Shown: positions 48,311-58,771, counted from the stretch's first letter. The stretch: DNA of 64,000 nt from Candidatus Omnitrophota bacterium (GCA_043812935.1 JBDRLO010000024.1:9295-73294); one strand, 5' to 3'. Numbers and translations are program-made. The notes: a model not told the origin generated them from the letters alone.

Positions 48311-49219
48311 TCATAGACATATATGTGATATGAGTTGATATCCCTTTAAAATGCTCTCAGAGACCATCTGTGACATCATTTGGATGTTCCCCATATCACC
48401 CTTAGAAAGTGCTAAATAGTAATTATATTGGTCCTCAATACGGATTAAAGCCGGCGGAAAACCGTTTAAAAGAAGCTGTGTGTTCATTAAAAGCCGTCCA
48501 ATACGGCCATTTCCGTCAAAAAATGGATGAATTGTTTCAAATTCATAGTGATCCGCGGCAATCTTTTTTATAGGATTTGTGCCGTAATTATTAATGTTAT
48601 TCAAAAGTTTTTTCATTTTTATTGGAACCATTTGTGCTGATGGTAATTTTACTTCAGTATTAGTCAAATTTACGTAACCTGTACGGTATTTTCCCGGAAG
48701 TTTGTGGTTAAAATTATATAATACTATTTTATGCAATTCTAAAATGTAATTTTCAGTAATTTTAAATCCAGGTTTAATCATATCCAGCATAAAAACTAAT
48801 GCGTTTCTGAGATTAACAGCTTCAAGTATTTCCAAAAAGTGCCGTCCCTTTACTTCCCCATTTTCAAGAGCTTGTTCGGTTTCTTTAAGCGTCATTCTGC
48901 TGCCCTCAATTGCATTTGAATTATATGTGGTTTCGAGAAAAAATTTTTCCCGAAGCTCCCTATTGGTGTGCAGTTTTTGTATTGGATTGGGCATATTTTT
49001 AGCGATTTGTATAACGTGCGGCGTTAAGTCAATGGTTTCTTTGAAAAGCGTGTCCAAGTGCCTGGATTGTGCCGGGTGCGGTTTTATTCCCTGAGTTAAC
49101 CATCTATGGATTGTGTTGTATGATACTTCAAGCACTCTGGCAATTTCTGTTTGTGTAAGCCCCGCTGAATTGATTAGCTTTTCAAGTTTTTCTTTGTCTG
49201 TTAATGTGACATTTTTCAT
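48311..49219 (-). CDS. Fic-family protein with N-terminal HTH
   Basis: Fic motif HPFFDGNGRIGRLLMN; N-terminal HTH LTQTEIARVLEVSYNTIHRWL. Confidence 0.85.
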   Translation of the reverse strand: MKNVTLTDKEKLEKLINSAGLTQTEIARVLEVSYNTIHRWLTQGIKPHPAQSRHLDTLFKETIDLTPHVIQIAKNMPNPIQKLHTNRELREKFFLETTYNSNAIEGSRMTLKETEQALENGEVKGRHFLEILEAVNLRNALVFMLDMIKPGFKITENYILELHKIVLYNFNHKLPGKYRTGYVNLTNTEVKLPSAQMVPIKMKKLLNNINNYGTNPIKKIAADHYEFETIHPFFDGNGRIGRLLMNTQLLLNGFPPALIRIEDQYNYYLALSKGDMGNIQMMSQMVSESILKGYQLISHICL

Positions 49220-49400
49220 AGATAACTTTCAAATGCTATGTGACATATGTTATAAAATGTTATACATATTATATATAAAATGTTGTAGTGTGTCAAATAG
49301 TTTTTTGTTTTTATTGTTTTATTTGGCTTGGTGTGAGTATTTGCTACTTACCTGTTGCAAATGTAATTCTCGTAACGTTCTGTCGTATAAGAAACTTATT

Positions 49401-50066
49401 TTACGACAAAGACTTAAGAATTGTTTTCTCTAGGTATTCAAATTTGTTTTCAATATAGTAATGCCGCATTTGTGTGTCCAACAACGAGCCCAGAGCAACT
49501 TTAAAATCATTAGCACTGAACGAAGTAGCTTTTTTAAGGAGTTTTTTTAAATTATCAGTTTTTGTGTTAAGAGTGATTCCTTGTCGTAATAAAAATTCAA
49601 GGTCAAAAAAATCACGTATTGCTTTTCTTTCTAATGCGGCTTCAATTTTATTTTTCATGGCCTGTTCAAGTGTGTGTACGCGCATAATTACCTGTTTTGT
49701 GCTGTATTGTGAAAAAGCGATTCTTTCCTGAAAATCACATTTCATCAAAGCTTTGCGTATTTCAATTTTAAGCCGTCTGGGGTAATTTTTTGAACGGATT
49801 TCAAATAAAAGCGTATAAAATTTTATTTGGGCGTCAGTTATATCATAGTCTGTATTTTTTAAATATTGATGTAATTTTTTAAAATAATCTTTAACAGGCA
49901 TTTTTCGAATAAACCAAAAATCCAAATCGACAGAATACCTGTTTAAATCGTAACATAGGCGCAACATGGTTCCCCCACCGAAGACCAAAGGCTCTAAGAA
50001 CTTAGCGCTTTTCAATTGATTTAAAACTTCAATTTCAAATATTTCGTGTTTTTGCAGAACATTCAT
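49401..50066 (-). CDS. nucleotidyltransferase AbiEii-family toxin (DUF1814)
   Basis: N-terminal GGTMLRLCYDLNRYSVDLDF pattern typical of AbiEii/AbiGii; overlaps the upstream antitoxin-like gene. Confidence 0.7.
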   Translation of the reverse strand: MNVLQKHEIFEIEVLNQLKSAKFLEPLVFGGGTMLRLCYDLNRYSVDLDFWFIRKMPVKDYFKKLHQYLKNTDYDITDAQIKFYTLLFEIRSKNYPRRLKIEIRKALMKCDFQERIAFSQYSTKQVIMRVHTLEQAMKNKIEAALERKAIRDFFDLEFLLRQGITLNTKTDNLKKLLKKATSFSANDFKVALGSLLDTQMRHYYIENKFEYLEKTILKSLS

Positions 50067-50634
50067 TTTTGAAAAGCTCCTGGGTTTTTTTTGGAAAATT
50101 TTTTAATAAAAATTTTAATTTAGTTTGGTTTAATTTATTGAAATCGATAGAAGATATGTCGAAAAAATATCTATTCAACGACATTAAATATAATGCGTCT
50201 AAAAAAGCCTTTTCAGGGGTTGCTATGAAAAAAACCTTATTTTTAATAAAATCAGCATACAGAGCGTGTTGTATTTTAGTATAAGTTAAAACAGTGTTTT
50301 TTATTTCCAGGCGTTTTGTCCTTTTTATTGCGATTGATTCTATAAAGCCCTGCTGGATGAGGCTGGTTATTTCATAAAAAGAAAGTGCAGTCATCAGGGA
50401 TATATATGATGGCACTTGTACAACATTTGCCAGGAGAAATTTCTCCTCAATTTCTAATGTGACCCAACGGTTGTTTAAAATATATAAATTACGTTTTATT
50501 CTAACCAACAAGCCTTGTTTAACGTAGCGATTTGCTTCTACTCGGGCAGATTTTAATTTTGTGCCGAGAGTTTTTGCTATCTCCTCATAGCCGAAATACA
50601 GTTTAGTAATGTGATTTAATTTTGCGTAATTCAT
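50035..50634 (-). CDS. AbiEi-family antitoxin-like transcriptional regulator
   Basis: 199 aa, N-terminal wHTH-like segment, 32-nt overlap with AbiEii gene (typical type IV TA arrangement). Confidence 0.5.
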   Translation of the reverse strand: MNYAKLNHITKLYFGYEEIAKTLGTKLKSARVEANRYVKQGLLVRIKRNLYILNNRWVTLEIEEKFLLANVVQVPSYISLMTALSFYEITSLIQQGFIESIAIKRTKRLEIKNTVLTYTKIQHALYADFIKNKVFFIATPEKAFLDALYLMSLNRYFFDISSIDFNKLNQTKLKFLLKNFPKKTQELFKNECSAKTRNI

Positions 50635-50904
50635 AAGTACACCTAATTAACATATTTGTTAACTAAGTATACTTTACTAAATTTTAAAAGTCAAGGCATA
50701 AGCACAAAAAATTTACTGCAATAAATTGTGAGATGTGTTTATAAAGCATGTTTGTATTTGCAAATAAAGCAAATTATGGCATAATATAACAATTCGGCTA
50801 GTCTTAGCCTTGTTGAGCCTAAACAATAATATAAAGACATCTGCACAACCTCCTAGAAATATGATAAAATAGAAAAAAACAGGAGGATAAATAGGCTACT
50901 ACAA

Positions 50905-51123
50905 TTGGTAAAAACGGTTAAAAGAATTGGTACGTTAAAATGCGTGGCAATATCATTTGTTGTTTTAATTGTATATTATAGTGCGTTTATGTTGCCTTTA
51001 ACACCAATTGGCGCTAGTATCCATAAAAATATTCCGGAGAAAACAGTAATTTTAGATTTACAGCGGCACTACTCTGTCGAAGAGGCGTATAGTTTAATGA
51101 CGCGGGAAGAAGCGATTATTTAA
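50905..51123 (+). CDS. small membrane protein (hypothetical)
   Basis: single TM. Confidence 0.3.
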   Translation: MVKTVKRIGTLKCVAISFVVLIVYYSAFMLPLTPIGASIHKNIPEKTVILDLQRHYSVEEAYSLMTREEAII

Positions 51124-51131
51124 GAAATTTA

Positions 51132-51458
51132 ATGACAATTGATGTGCTCTTCCCTATTCTATATGCTTTCTTTTTTGCTGCAGTAATGTCATATTTGTTT
51201 TCCAGGATCGAGTCGAAAAGCGAATGGGTTAAATTTGTGTATATGATCCCGCTTTTAGCTGCTTTTTCTGATTTTCTGGAAAATATCTTTATTGTGGTAA
51301 TGCTTTTCAATTATCCGAAAGAGGTTTCTCTTGCCGCTGTTTTTGGTGTTTTTTTTACCCGCTTTAAATGGATGTTGTTTGATGCATGTATAGTGGGTAT
51401 AATATTGGAAATCTTTTGGTTAATGTGTGTAAAAATTAAAAGGAGAAAAAATGAATGA
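51132..51458 (+). CDS. small polytopic membrane protein (hypothetical)
   Basis: 3 TM segments. Confidence 0.35.
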   Translation: MTIDVLFPILYAFFFAAVMSYLFSRIESKSEWVKFVYMIPLLAAFSDFLENIFIVVMLFNYPKEVSLAAVFGVFFTRFKWMLFDACIVGIILEIFWLMCVKIKRRKNE

Positions 51459-51966
51459 AAGATTGTATGAGGAAGGTAAAAATGAGTTTTCAAAATTATA
51501 TGTTTTAGTTGAAAATGTTTTATTCATAATTCAATTTATACTTGCTTATTTGGGGATGAAAGTATTCAAAATAAGCAATATTCCCCTTCTTTCTTTGATA
51601 TATATCATTTTTGCGATGGTAATGCTTGTTTTTATCCTGAGAAAGCATTTATGTGCAGGATGCTATTATTACGGTAAATGGTGCCATTGCGGGTGGGGAA
51701 AGCTTTCCTCTCTGATGTATAAGAAGGATACAGGCAATATTGAGCTTGGTGGAAAACTTGCGGGAATGACATGGGGCGTACTTATGGGCGTACCGTTATT
51801 AGTTATGATACTGGCTATAATAATCCGGAAAGTAACTTTTTTTGAAATTGCGCCTATTTTAATTCCATTTATTATTGTTGTAATGATTAATGGTGCTATG
51901 CATGCGGCTGACTGTAAAAAATGTAAGATGAGGTTTGTTTGTCCCGGCAGTGCGGCTAAAAAATAA
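51451..51966 (+). CDS. Cys-rich membrane protein (hypothetical)
   Basis: TM helices plus CAGCYYYGKWCHCGWG and CKKCKMRFVCPG clusters. Confidence 0.4.
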   Translation: MNERLYEEGKNEFSKLYVLVENVLFIIQFILAYLGMKVFKISNIPLLSLIYIIFAMVMLVFILRKHLCAGCYYYGKWCHCGWGKLSSLMYKKDTGNIELGGKLAGMTWGVLMGVPLLVMILAIIIRKVTFFEIAPILIPFIIVVMINGAMHAADCKKCKMRFVCPGSAAKK

Positions 51967-51995
51967 ATGTATATAACAGATCCCTCCCCCGCTGT

Positions 51996-52101
51996 TTAAT
52001 AGGGACAGCTACCATTTATTAGGTGTATAAATATTTTGAATGAAAGAGATACTAACATTTTGATTTTTGTTTGCCTAATAAATGGTAGCTGTCCCTATTA
52101 A
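51996..52101. repeat. 28-bp perfect inverted repeat with about 50-bp spacer between convergent genes
   Basis: ttaatagggacagctaccatttattagg ... cctaataaatggtagctgtccctattaa. Confidence 0.8.
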
Positions 52102-52111
52102 ATAAACAGGA

Positions 52112-55100
52112 TTAGAGTGATGTAAATGCCTGGGCTTCTGCTTTATATTCAACTCGCAATTTGTCATATTCAAAGAAATCAGCATCAGGGAGCAGGAATA
52201 CTATTCGTGATTCCTCATCATAGTTTGCTATGATCGGAGGACGCTTAGTAGGCTGTAGCCCTATTGCCAGTTCTATTGTTAGGGAGAGCATTTTGACCAG
52301 CATAACCTTTTGAATTAATTGCTGGTTCCCGTCCTTACAGAATTTTATTTTTGAAGTGTTAATACTTGCAATAAACGCCCTTTTTTCTTTCGGAGTACTT
52401 TTTAAACCGCTAAACGTAGCCGCATTAATTGTTGTGTCAGAGCCCATGGCAATAATGTCTGACAGTTCTGTCGAGGTTTTTTTTGCCTTTTCCATGATTT
52501 CCGCTGCCAGATTTTCGCTGGTGCTATGTACGAAAAATACGTTATCAAGCCCCATATCCTTTAGCCGCTTTTCAAGGCGGCACATTTCCTTAGGTTTGTT
52601 TTCAGGAGGCAGAAGCTCTTTAAAAAGCGGAAAAAGCAGGTTGTGCTGAAGCTGGTCGTCTTTATTTGGTATCCAGTCTGTTTCAAACGCGACAATGAGG
52701 TTTTTATTTTGTTGTTGCTTAAGCCGAGCAAGTGCTATAAGCGAATTTATAATGCTGGCCGGTTCAAGTTCGTGCAAGTGTTTTGTAATATATTCCATAT
52801 CTTGGTCGATCTTTGCCGGAACTTTTGCAAGGTTTGCCAACTCAGCGAAATGCTCCTTTTTTTCAAGGTCTTTTATGAAGCCCATTGTTTGTAAAGTTTT
52901 TCCGATTTCCTGGCGGATTTCCTCGGAAAGGTCTTTTTTAGTAAGCGGCTGAGGGCGCAAGTCTTGAGTAAAACCGTCAATGCTTTTAAGGAAATTCCGG
53001 ATCGCGTTTGTTTTTTTTACAAGGTTTACGCGGATATTATTTGCCTCAGCTTTTGCTATGTGCAATAGCCGGATAGTTTTATCGTGTGTTTTTTTCGGAT
53101 GAGGTGCCGCGGTTTCAGGCGTTTCTGTAATTTGTAATTGTGTTGACGCGTTTTGCGCATTGTCGCCTAATTTATCTTTTTGAATGGCGGCAATAGCGCC
53201 TTTTGGGATTGGAGGATCAGTTTTTACTGGCAATTTTGTTTCTGGCGTTTCAACCATTCTTGTTTCCGGATCTTCTTCCAAGCTTGTCGTTAAAATATGT
53301 TTGAAAAAACATTTCATTGCAAAGTATAAAGCAGCTAATACCGCAATGATTAATGTTAATTTTAACGTAAAAATGCCCGGGTTATGTTCGGTTTTGAGAC
53401 ATATTTCAAAAAGATTTTGTGCCGACGCCGGGTTTTGAAAGAAATTTATTATTAATGGAACAGTTGGGATTGCCAATAGAAAAGGCAAAAGTGCCCGGAT
53501 ATTCTTTTTATCCGACGATTTATTGCCGGAGATTTTGTTTATTATTGATTTTACGAAAAATTGTATAATGTAAAACGCGATTAAAAGGAAAAATACGTAA
53601 TTAAGATAACTTATAACCGGGGAAATACGTTTTACTGTTGTAAGAAAACCGGAATAGTTTAATAATCCGGCATGTGATTGCCCTTCCCAGAAAGATACTA
53701 TTGAGAAAACAATAGCTGAAATCGTAACTAATAAAGGTAACATTGCTTTCATTGCGTTTAAGAAAGAGTTTTTCTTTCCGTTTGTTTTTAATGTTTCAGT
53801 ATCAGTTATTTTAATAACTTTTGAGTCCGCTACTGTAGAAAAGTTCTCCATTAACGAAACAGTTGTCCCGTTTTGGATTTGTTCCTTGCTCATTTTTTGA
53901 GGGTCCACCAGAAAAATCACGGTGGATTTAATAATAGGCGACATTTTGAAAACGGGCATATTCTTAAGCGCATGCGCGTTCATAATAACCATTTTTATTT
54001 TTCCGGATTGAATTGATTCAAGAAGCTTTGATTCCTGTTTTTTGTAAAGAGAACCGTCAACAAACAAAATATCTTCGTTAAATATATTTTTTTTAATTTG
54101 TGTAGCAAAGGTCATAAAACTTTTTGCAGTTGTAACATCCGGGGTTAAAACAAATTGAAGTGTTTGATTAACGCTGGTTTGGTGTTGTTTTTCTTTTTGC
54201 ATTTCGGGGACAGCGTTGAGTATGGCACTAAACTTGTCTTCAGTGTTTTTTGGAATTGAAGCTGCTCTTGTAAATATCCATATTTTACTATCTGTTTTAT
54301 AAGTGTGTTGTTTGTGTTTAGATTTATTTGACAAAACAAAGTTTTTGGCCAATAAAATAAAAGTCAGGGCTACAAGAAAAGTTGTTGCCAAGAGCCCCCA
54401 AATGGAAGGGCCTTTATTCCCTATTTTTTGGTTGGTTTCTAATATAAAATTAGCCGTTCCATTGCCCCGTAAATAGAAAACAGAAAACATTATGGGGATT
54501 ATATATTTAAGTGATGTCCAGAACGTGAAATCCTGAGTTTTTTTAGCTTCCGTGTTTGTTCTTGAGATGTTTGTATGTAGCTCCTTGAGTTTGGTCAAGG
54601 CGGAAGCTCGCCTGATAAGTATTGCACGTACGAGAATTACAAATACAGCTATGGAAAATACAATTTCGAATCCCACGATTAATTTGTTGAAAAAGGCTAC
54701 TTGGCAAGCTTTTTTTAATTCCTCTGTTAGCATTATTTGGGCAACTGGCTGTGATAATGCCCGGCTGCTTAACATAAAGATTGTTGTAGGTATAAGAAAA
54801 ACAAAAGGAACTATGCTTTTGAGGATATTTATAAGAGCGTTTTTCTTTTTCTGTGCACTGTTGAGAGTTTTTTCATCGGTCATATCCGCTATTGTAAAAT
54901 TGTTTATGTTGGAAAAACTTTTATGAGAATGAAGTGTTGCGGCTTTTTTAAGCTGGCTCCGGGTCATTGTAGGCCCGTCAACAATAAAAACGGCCAAAGA
55001 TTTAATATTAGACGATATTTTACGTTGAGGCATATCGCTGACATGGTCAGCGGCCATAATAACCCATTTTATTTCACCGGATAGAATGGATTGTAGTTTT

Positions 55101-58100
55101 TTTCGGATTTTTTCTTTGGAGGTTTTTGAGTCAATTAATAAAATATGTTTATCGGGCAGCGAGTCTCCATTCGATGTTGCCCTTAATGAGTGGTAAAAAC
55201 GTTTTGCGGTTTCAGAATCAGGGGTTAAAACAAATTGTATAGTTTGCTCAAGAGGAATTTCATATGAGCCTTCGTTTATTAAGCCACTGATAAATGTTTT
55301 AATGCGGGCATATTTATCTTTCGGCCTGTGCAGTACGGGAATTTTTTTCGATGTTTCGATGCTGTATTTTGGTGCGGCAGTAGAAATTTTTTGCGGCAGC
55401 ACCCGTTCTATGGGGGTAGTAATATGTTTTAAATGGGTAACGGTAGCCGGGTCTTTCCCCCCTCTGGTTCGAGGAATTACAGCTTTTGGTTCTTTTCTAT
55501 GCTGCAAATGAATGACTTTATCATTTTGGTCATTCGCGGGAGCAATGCGGATCGTGTTTTGGAGTTTTTTTGCCCTTTGGCAGATTCTCGTGCTAAATAC
55601 TCCTTCTTCTTTAGTTAAGATGGAATCAAATAAAGTTGCGCAATTATAAAACTTTTCAGATTTTATTTTTTGAAGGGTTTCCGCGGCTAATAACCTGGTT
55701 TCAATGTCGTTGGTTGAAACCAGAGCTGCTATTTCCAGCACGAATTCCGCTTTTTCATATTGGGTATAATAAAGATCAGGATATTTTATCCTTCCAAGAG
55801 CTGCTATGCCCAAATTTTTTATTGTGTGATTAGAAGCATTAACATCTGCCAATGCTTTTGTAAACATATCTTCTTCTGTATATTCTCCCAGTGTTTCCAA
55901 AATTTGTTCCGCGTCAGACCTGACATTAAAATTATTTTCCACTAACAACTTGCGTATATGCGGGACAAGCTCTGTTACTTTTTTTTCAAAAAGAAGTTGA
56001 TCGTCCTGAGCGATTATTTTTAAATATGTTTTCAAGGCATATTTGCGCGCGTATTCATTTGTGTTTTTATGGAATAGCGCTTTCTCTAAAATAGTAATTT
56101 TTTCAGAGGAATCGATTTCCAGAAAATCCAATGCTGTTATTGCGCCGTATTGCGAAAATTCAGGCTTTTTTGTAAATAACGTTCTTTTAATTTTAGGGAT
56201 TGCCAATTCGCCGAATTTTGCGAGTTCCCTGCTTGCGGGAAAATTATATTTAAGAGGATCGGATGGCGTTATAGTTATAGAGTGTAATAACTGTCCCAGG
56301 GCAGAAACAGCTTTTTTTCTAATATTCTTGTTGGAAGACGCGGAAAAATTACCCAATTGCTGCCAGGCATATAGTTGTTCTTCAGGAGAAGTATCTTTAT
56401 AGGTTAAATCAGCAAGATATTTTTTTATCTGTAATTGTGCTGAAAATTTCCCCTTTTTTTCCAATTTTATGGTTGTTTTGTTACGTATTTCGATATTTGA
56501 GCTTGATAGTTTTTTTCTGGTAGAGACAATAATGTAAATATATATCACGAATTCTATAAAACAAAAAATGAGAGTTAGTTCTATGAAATTTTTCAGGGTA
56601 AAGTTGTTCCGGTAAAGTCTGATACATTTTGTTAAAAATGGTATTTTTGTTTGATTAATATTTAAAGATTTATCTGCTGCATTTAGTACTACCGGAACAG
56701 CTAAAAGAAAATACAGCAAGCAGGTAATGATTTTTGATTTTTTTAAAGGTGATAATATGTCTTTTAAACTTTCAGGTTTCTTTTGTTTTTCCGCGGCTGC
56801 TGTTGTGTCTTTTTCGGCTTTTATGTTTTGCCGGGGTGTAGAATGGATAATTTTCTTTAATAATGTTTGAGCTTTTAAACAAAGCGTTTCATCAAAAATA
56901 GGGGGTTCGATGCCTATGATATCGCGCAAAAAACCGGCACAATCGAAAAATTCCGCGGCTCCAATATTTAGAAGCGCTTCTACGGCCGATAAGCGGGTTG
57001 CAGGATCATCCTTTGGATGAAGAGCGATTGTTTTTAAAATAGTACATGCTTCGTTATGAAACGTTTCAGAAAGTGGAGTATAGTTTATTTGTCCAAGTGC
57101 AGTAATTCCGGCACTTCGTGTTTCCTGGTCAGGATCTTTTATGTCTGCCAAAGCTTTATCAAAGCTATCTATGGCAGTAAGTATTTTCCAGTTATTCAAA
57201 ATTTGTTTGGCATAATGGCGTACAGGTTTATAACTATTTTTTAACTGTGAACGTATAAACGGCGTCCAATTAGTTATATTTATTTCAGAGGTCGGGGTAC
57301 GTGACATTTGCCAAATCATCCCCAAGGCATAATGCTGAACTTTTTCTTCGAGTTTTACATTACCAGTCAAAAGTATTTTTTCTAAAAATTTGAGTTTCTT
57401 GTTTTCTTCAATTTGCAAAAAGCCCAAAGCAATTATTCCGCTGTATTGCAACAGTTCGTTATTTTTTGTTAACAGTGATCGTGCAATTTCAGGAATTGCT
57501 AAATCACCGAATTTTGATATTTCCCAGGCAACAGGAAAAATGTCCTTAACATTAGAAGATGCTACATTGGTTTTGTATGCTAATATCCGTCCCAGCGCTT
57601 TTACGGCGTATTTTTTTATATCAAGGTCATCAGTTTCACTTAAGTTCGACATGTTACCAAGAGTTTTCCACGCAATTTCTTGTTTTTCTTCAGAAGTATC
57701 CCGAAACTTTAAATCTGAAAGGTATTTTTGTATTTGTAAGATTTTATTTGCGTTTTCTTCGTATAATTTTAATTTTTTTGCGGCTTTTTCGCGTCTTGCG
57801 CTGAGACTGCTTGTAAGGTTAAACACACAAATCACATGTTTCCAAATGAGCCGTGTAACTCCAATAAAAATGCTGACACTTATTAAACCGATTAAAAAAT
57901 GCTTAAGACTAAAATTGAAACGAAGGTTTCTTATAAGAGTAGTAAGGTGCCTTATCTCATTTTGGCTTATTTCAGGATATTTTTTTAGGAATTCGTCAAG
58001 GTTAGGTAGAATTAATACTGCCGTCAGTCCGGATGTCATGATTTCAGAATTCTTTATATATTTTAATAATTCCTTAAATTTACCCCAGCGTTTATTCTTA

Positions 58101-58771
58101 AAGGCTGTTTTTGTATCAGAAATAATGTTTTTTTCAGGGTTTTGAATTAATAATTTTTCTTTAGGTGGTACTGCCGTTTTAGTTAAACTTTTCGGTGCTT
58201 TATCGGCCACTGGTGCGTCTGTAAAAAGTTTTATGACGTATTTATTGGATTCAAAAAGTGTTTCGCCCTGCAATTCTTGCGCGGAAGGAGATGCTTTTTT
58301 CGCAACCAATAGTAAGGATTCAATATTATTCGGGTTATATGGAAGGGCAAGTATGTCATTCTTTTGTATATATTTTGGGGCTTTTCTTGTGCTGTTTGGA
58401 TTCTTTAGTTTTTGTAGTAAGTATTCCAGTGTAAAAATATATTCTAACGTTACATTTGCCTGTTTTTCATATGCGCACGTAAGGCTTGTGTCCAGAGCCG
58501 AAATTGGAAGCTGGTTATCATATAGGTATTTTGCGATATCCAGGATTATGTTTTGTAACACAGCATCCGCGGCAATTGACTCACGGAATGTTTCCCCGTT
58601 TTGAGTGAGCATTTTTTCCTGGAAAATGCCTTGACCGGAAATTGTAGGTGCGGTAACAGGTTTTAAAAAAGTTAAAGAAGGATTACTCCATGAAATATCC
58701 GAAGAAAGAAGAGTACATATTAAAAAAAGTGAAATGATTTTAAAGGTAAAATAACTTTTTATTTCATTCAT
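52112..58771 (-). CDS. giant (2219 aa) polytopic membrane protein with two HEAT/PBS-lyase-like repeat blocks and three copies of an unassigned alpha/beta domain
   Basis: uninterrupted 6.66-kb ORF with RBS; signal/TM at N-terminus, several TM clusters, HEAT-like units (KALGRIL, IIALGFL, ITALGQI, AVEALLNIG), internal tandem duplication, domain paralogous to the C-termini of the proteins at 60514 and 61864. Confidence 0.7.
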   Translation of the reverse strand: MNEIKSYFTFKIISLFLICTLLSSDISWSNPSLTFLKPVTAPTISGQGIFQEKMLTQNGETFRESIAADAVLQNIILDIAKYLYDNQLPISALDTSLTCAYEKQANVTLEYIFTLEYLLQKLKNPNSTRKAPKYIQKNDILALPYNPNNIESLLLVAKKASPSAQELQGETLFESNKYVIKLFTDAPVADKAPKSLTKTAVPPKEKLLIQNPEKNIISDTKTAFKNKRWGKFKELLKYIKNSEIMTSGLTAVLILPNLDEFLKKYPEISQNEIRHLTTLIRNLRFNFSLKHFLIGLISVSIFIGVTRLIWKHVICVFNLTSSLSARREKAAKKLKLYEENANKILQIQKYLSDLKFRDTSEEKQEIAWKTLGNMSNLSETDDLDIKKYAVKALGRILAYKTNVASSNVKDIFPVAWEISKFGDLAIPEIARSLLTKNNELLQYSGIIALGFLQIEENKKLKFLEKILLTGNVKLEEKVQHYALGMIWQMSRTPTSEINITNWTPFIRSQLKNSYKPVRHYAKQILNNWKILTAIDSFDKALADIKDPDQETRSAGITALGQINYTPLSETFHNEACTILKTIALHPKDDPATRLSAVEALLNIGAAEFFDCAGFLRDIIGIEPPIFDETLCLKAQTLLKKIIHSTPRQNIKAEKDTTAAAEKQKKPESLKDILSPLKKSKIITCLLYFLLAVPVVLNAADKSLNINQTKIPFLTKCIRLYRNNFTLKNFIELTLIFCFIEFVIYIYIIVSTRKKLSSSNIEIRNKTTIKLEKKGKFSAQLQIKKYLADLTYKDTSPEEQLYAWQQLGNFSASSNKNIRKKAVSALGQLLHSITITPSDPLKYNFPASRELAKFGELAIPKIKRTLFTKKPEFSQYGAITALDFLEIDSSEKITILEKALFHKNTNEYARKYALKTYLKIIAQDDQLLFEKKVTELVPHIRKLLVENNFNVRSDAEQILETLGEYTEEDMFTKALADVNASNHTIKNLGIAALGRIKYPDLYYTQYEKAEFVLEIAALVSTNDIETRLLAAETLQKIKSEKFYNCATLFDSILTKEEGVFSTRICQRAKKLQNTIRIAPANDQNDKVIHLQHRKEPKAVIPRTRGGKDPATVTHLKHITTPIERVLPQKISTAAPKYSIETSKKIPVLHRPKDKYARIKTFISGLINEGSYEIPLEQTIQFVLTPDSETAKRFYHSLRATSNGDSLPDKHILLIDSKTSKEKIRKKLQSILSGEIKWVIMAADHVSDMPQRKISSNIKSLAVFIVDGPTMTRSQLKKAATLHSHKSFSNINNFTIADMTDEKTLNSAQKKKNALINILKSIVPFVFLIPTTIFMLSSRALSQPVAQIMLTEELKKACQVAFFNKLIVGFEIVFSIAVFVILVRAILIRRASALTKLKELHTNISRTNTEAKKTQDFTFWTSLKYIIPIMFSVFYLRGNGTANFILETNQKIGNKGPSIWGLLATTFLVALTFILLAKNFVLSNKSKHKQHTYKTDSKIWIFTRAASIPKNTEDKFSAILNAVPEMQKEKQHQTSVNQTLQFVLTPDVTTAKSFMTFATQIKKNIFNEDILFVDGSLYKKQESKLLESIQSGKIKMVIMNAHALKNMPVFKMSPIIKSTVIFLVDPQKMSKEQIQNGTTVSLMENFSTVADSKVIKITDTETLKTNGKKNSFLNAMKAMLPLLVTISAIVFSIVSFWEGQSHAGLLNYSGFLTTVKRISPVISYLNYVFFLLIAFYIIQFFVKSIINKISGNKSSDKKNIRALLPFLLAIPTVPLIINFFQNPASAQNLFEICLKTEHNPGIFTLKLTLIIAVLAALYFAMKCFFKHILTTSLEEDPETRMVETPETKLPVKTDPPIPKGAIAAIQKDKLGDNAQNASTQLQITETPETAAPHPKKTHDKTIRLLHIAKAEANNIRVNLVKKTNAIRNFLKSIDGFTQDLRPQPLTKKDLSEEIRQEIGKTLQTMGFIKDLEKKEHFAELANLAKVPAKIDQDMEYITKHLHELEPASIINSLIALARLKQQQNKNLIVAFETDWIPNKDDQLQHNLLFPLFKELLPPENKPKEMCRLEKRLKDMGLDNVFFVHSTSENLAAEIMEKAKKTSTELSDIIAMGSDTTINAATFSGLKSTPKEKRAFIASINTSKIKFCKDGNQQLIQKVMLVKMLSLTIELAIGLQPTKRPPIIANYDEESRIVFLLPDADFFEYDKLRVEYKAEAQAFTSL

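Noticed and set aside
52356-58604. Multiple plus-strand ORFs (up to 251 aa) inside the giant gene
   Set aside because: All lie antisense within a continuous 6.66-kb minus-strand ORF with RBS; low-GC, Lys/Phe-rich artefact frames with no RBS
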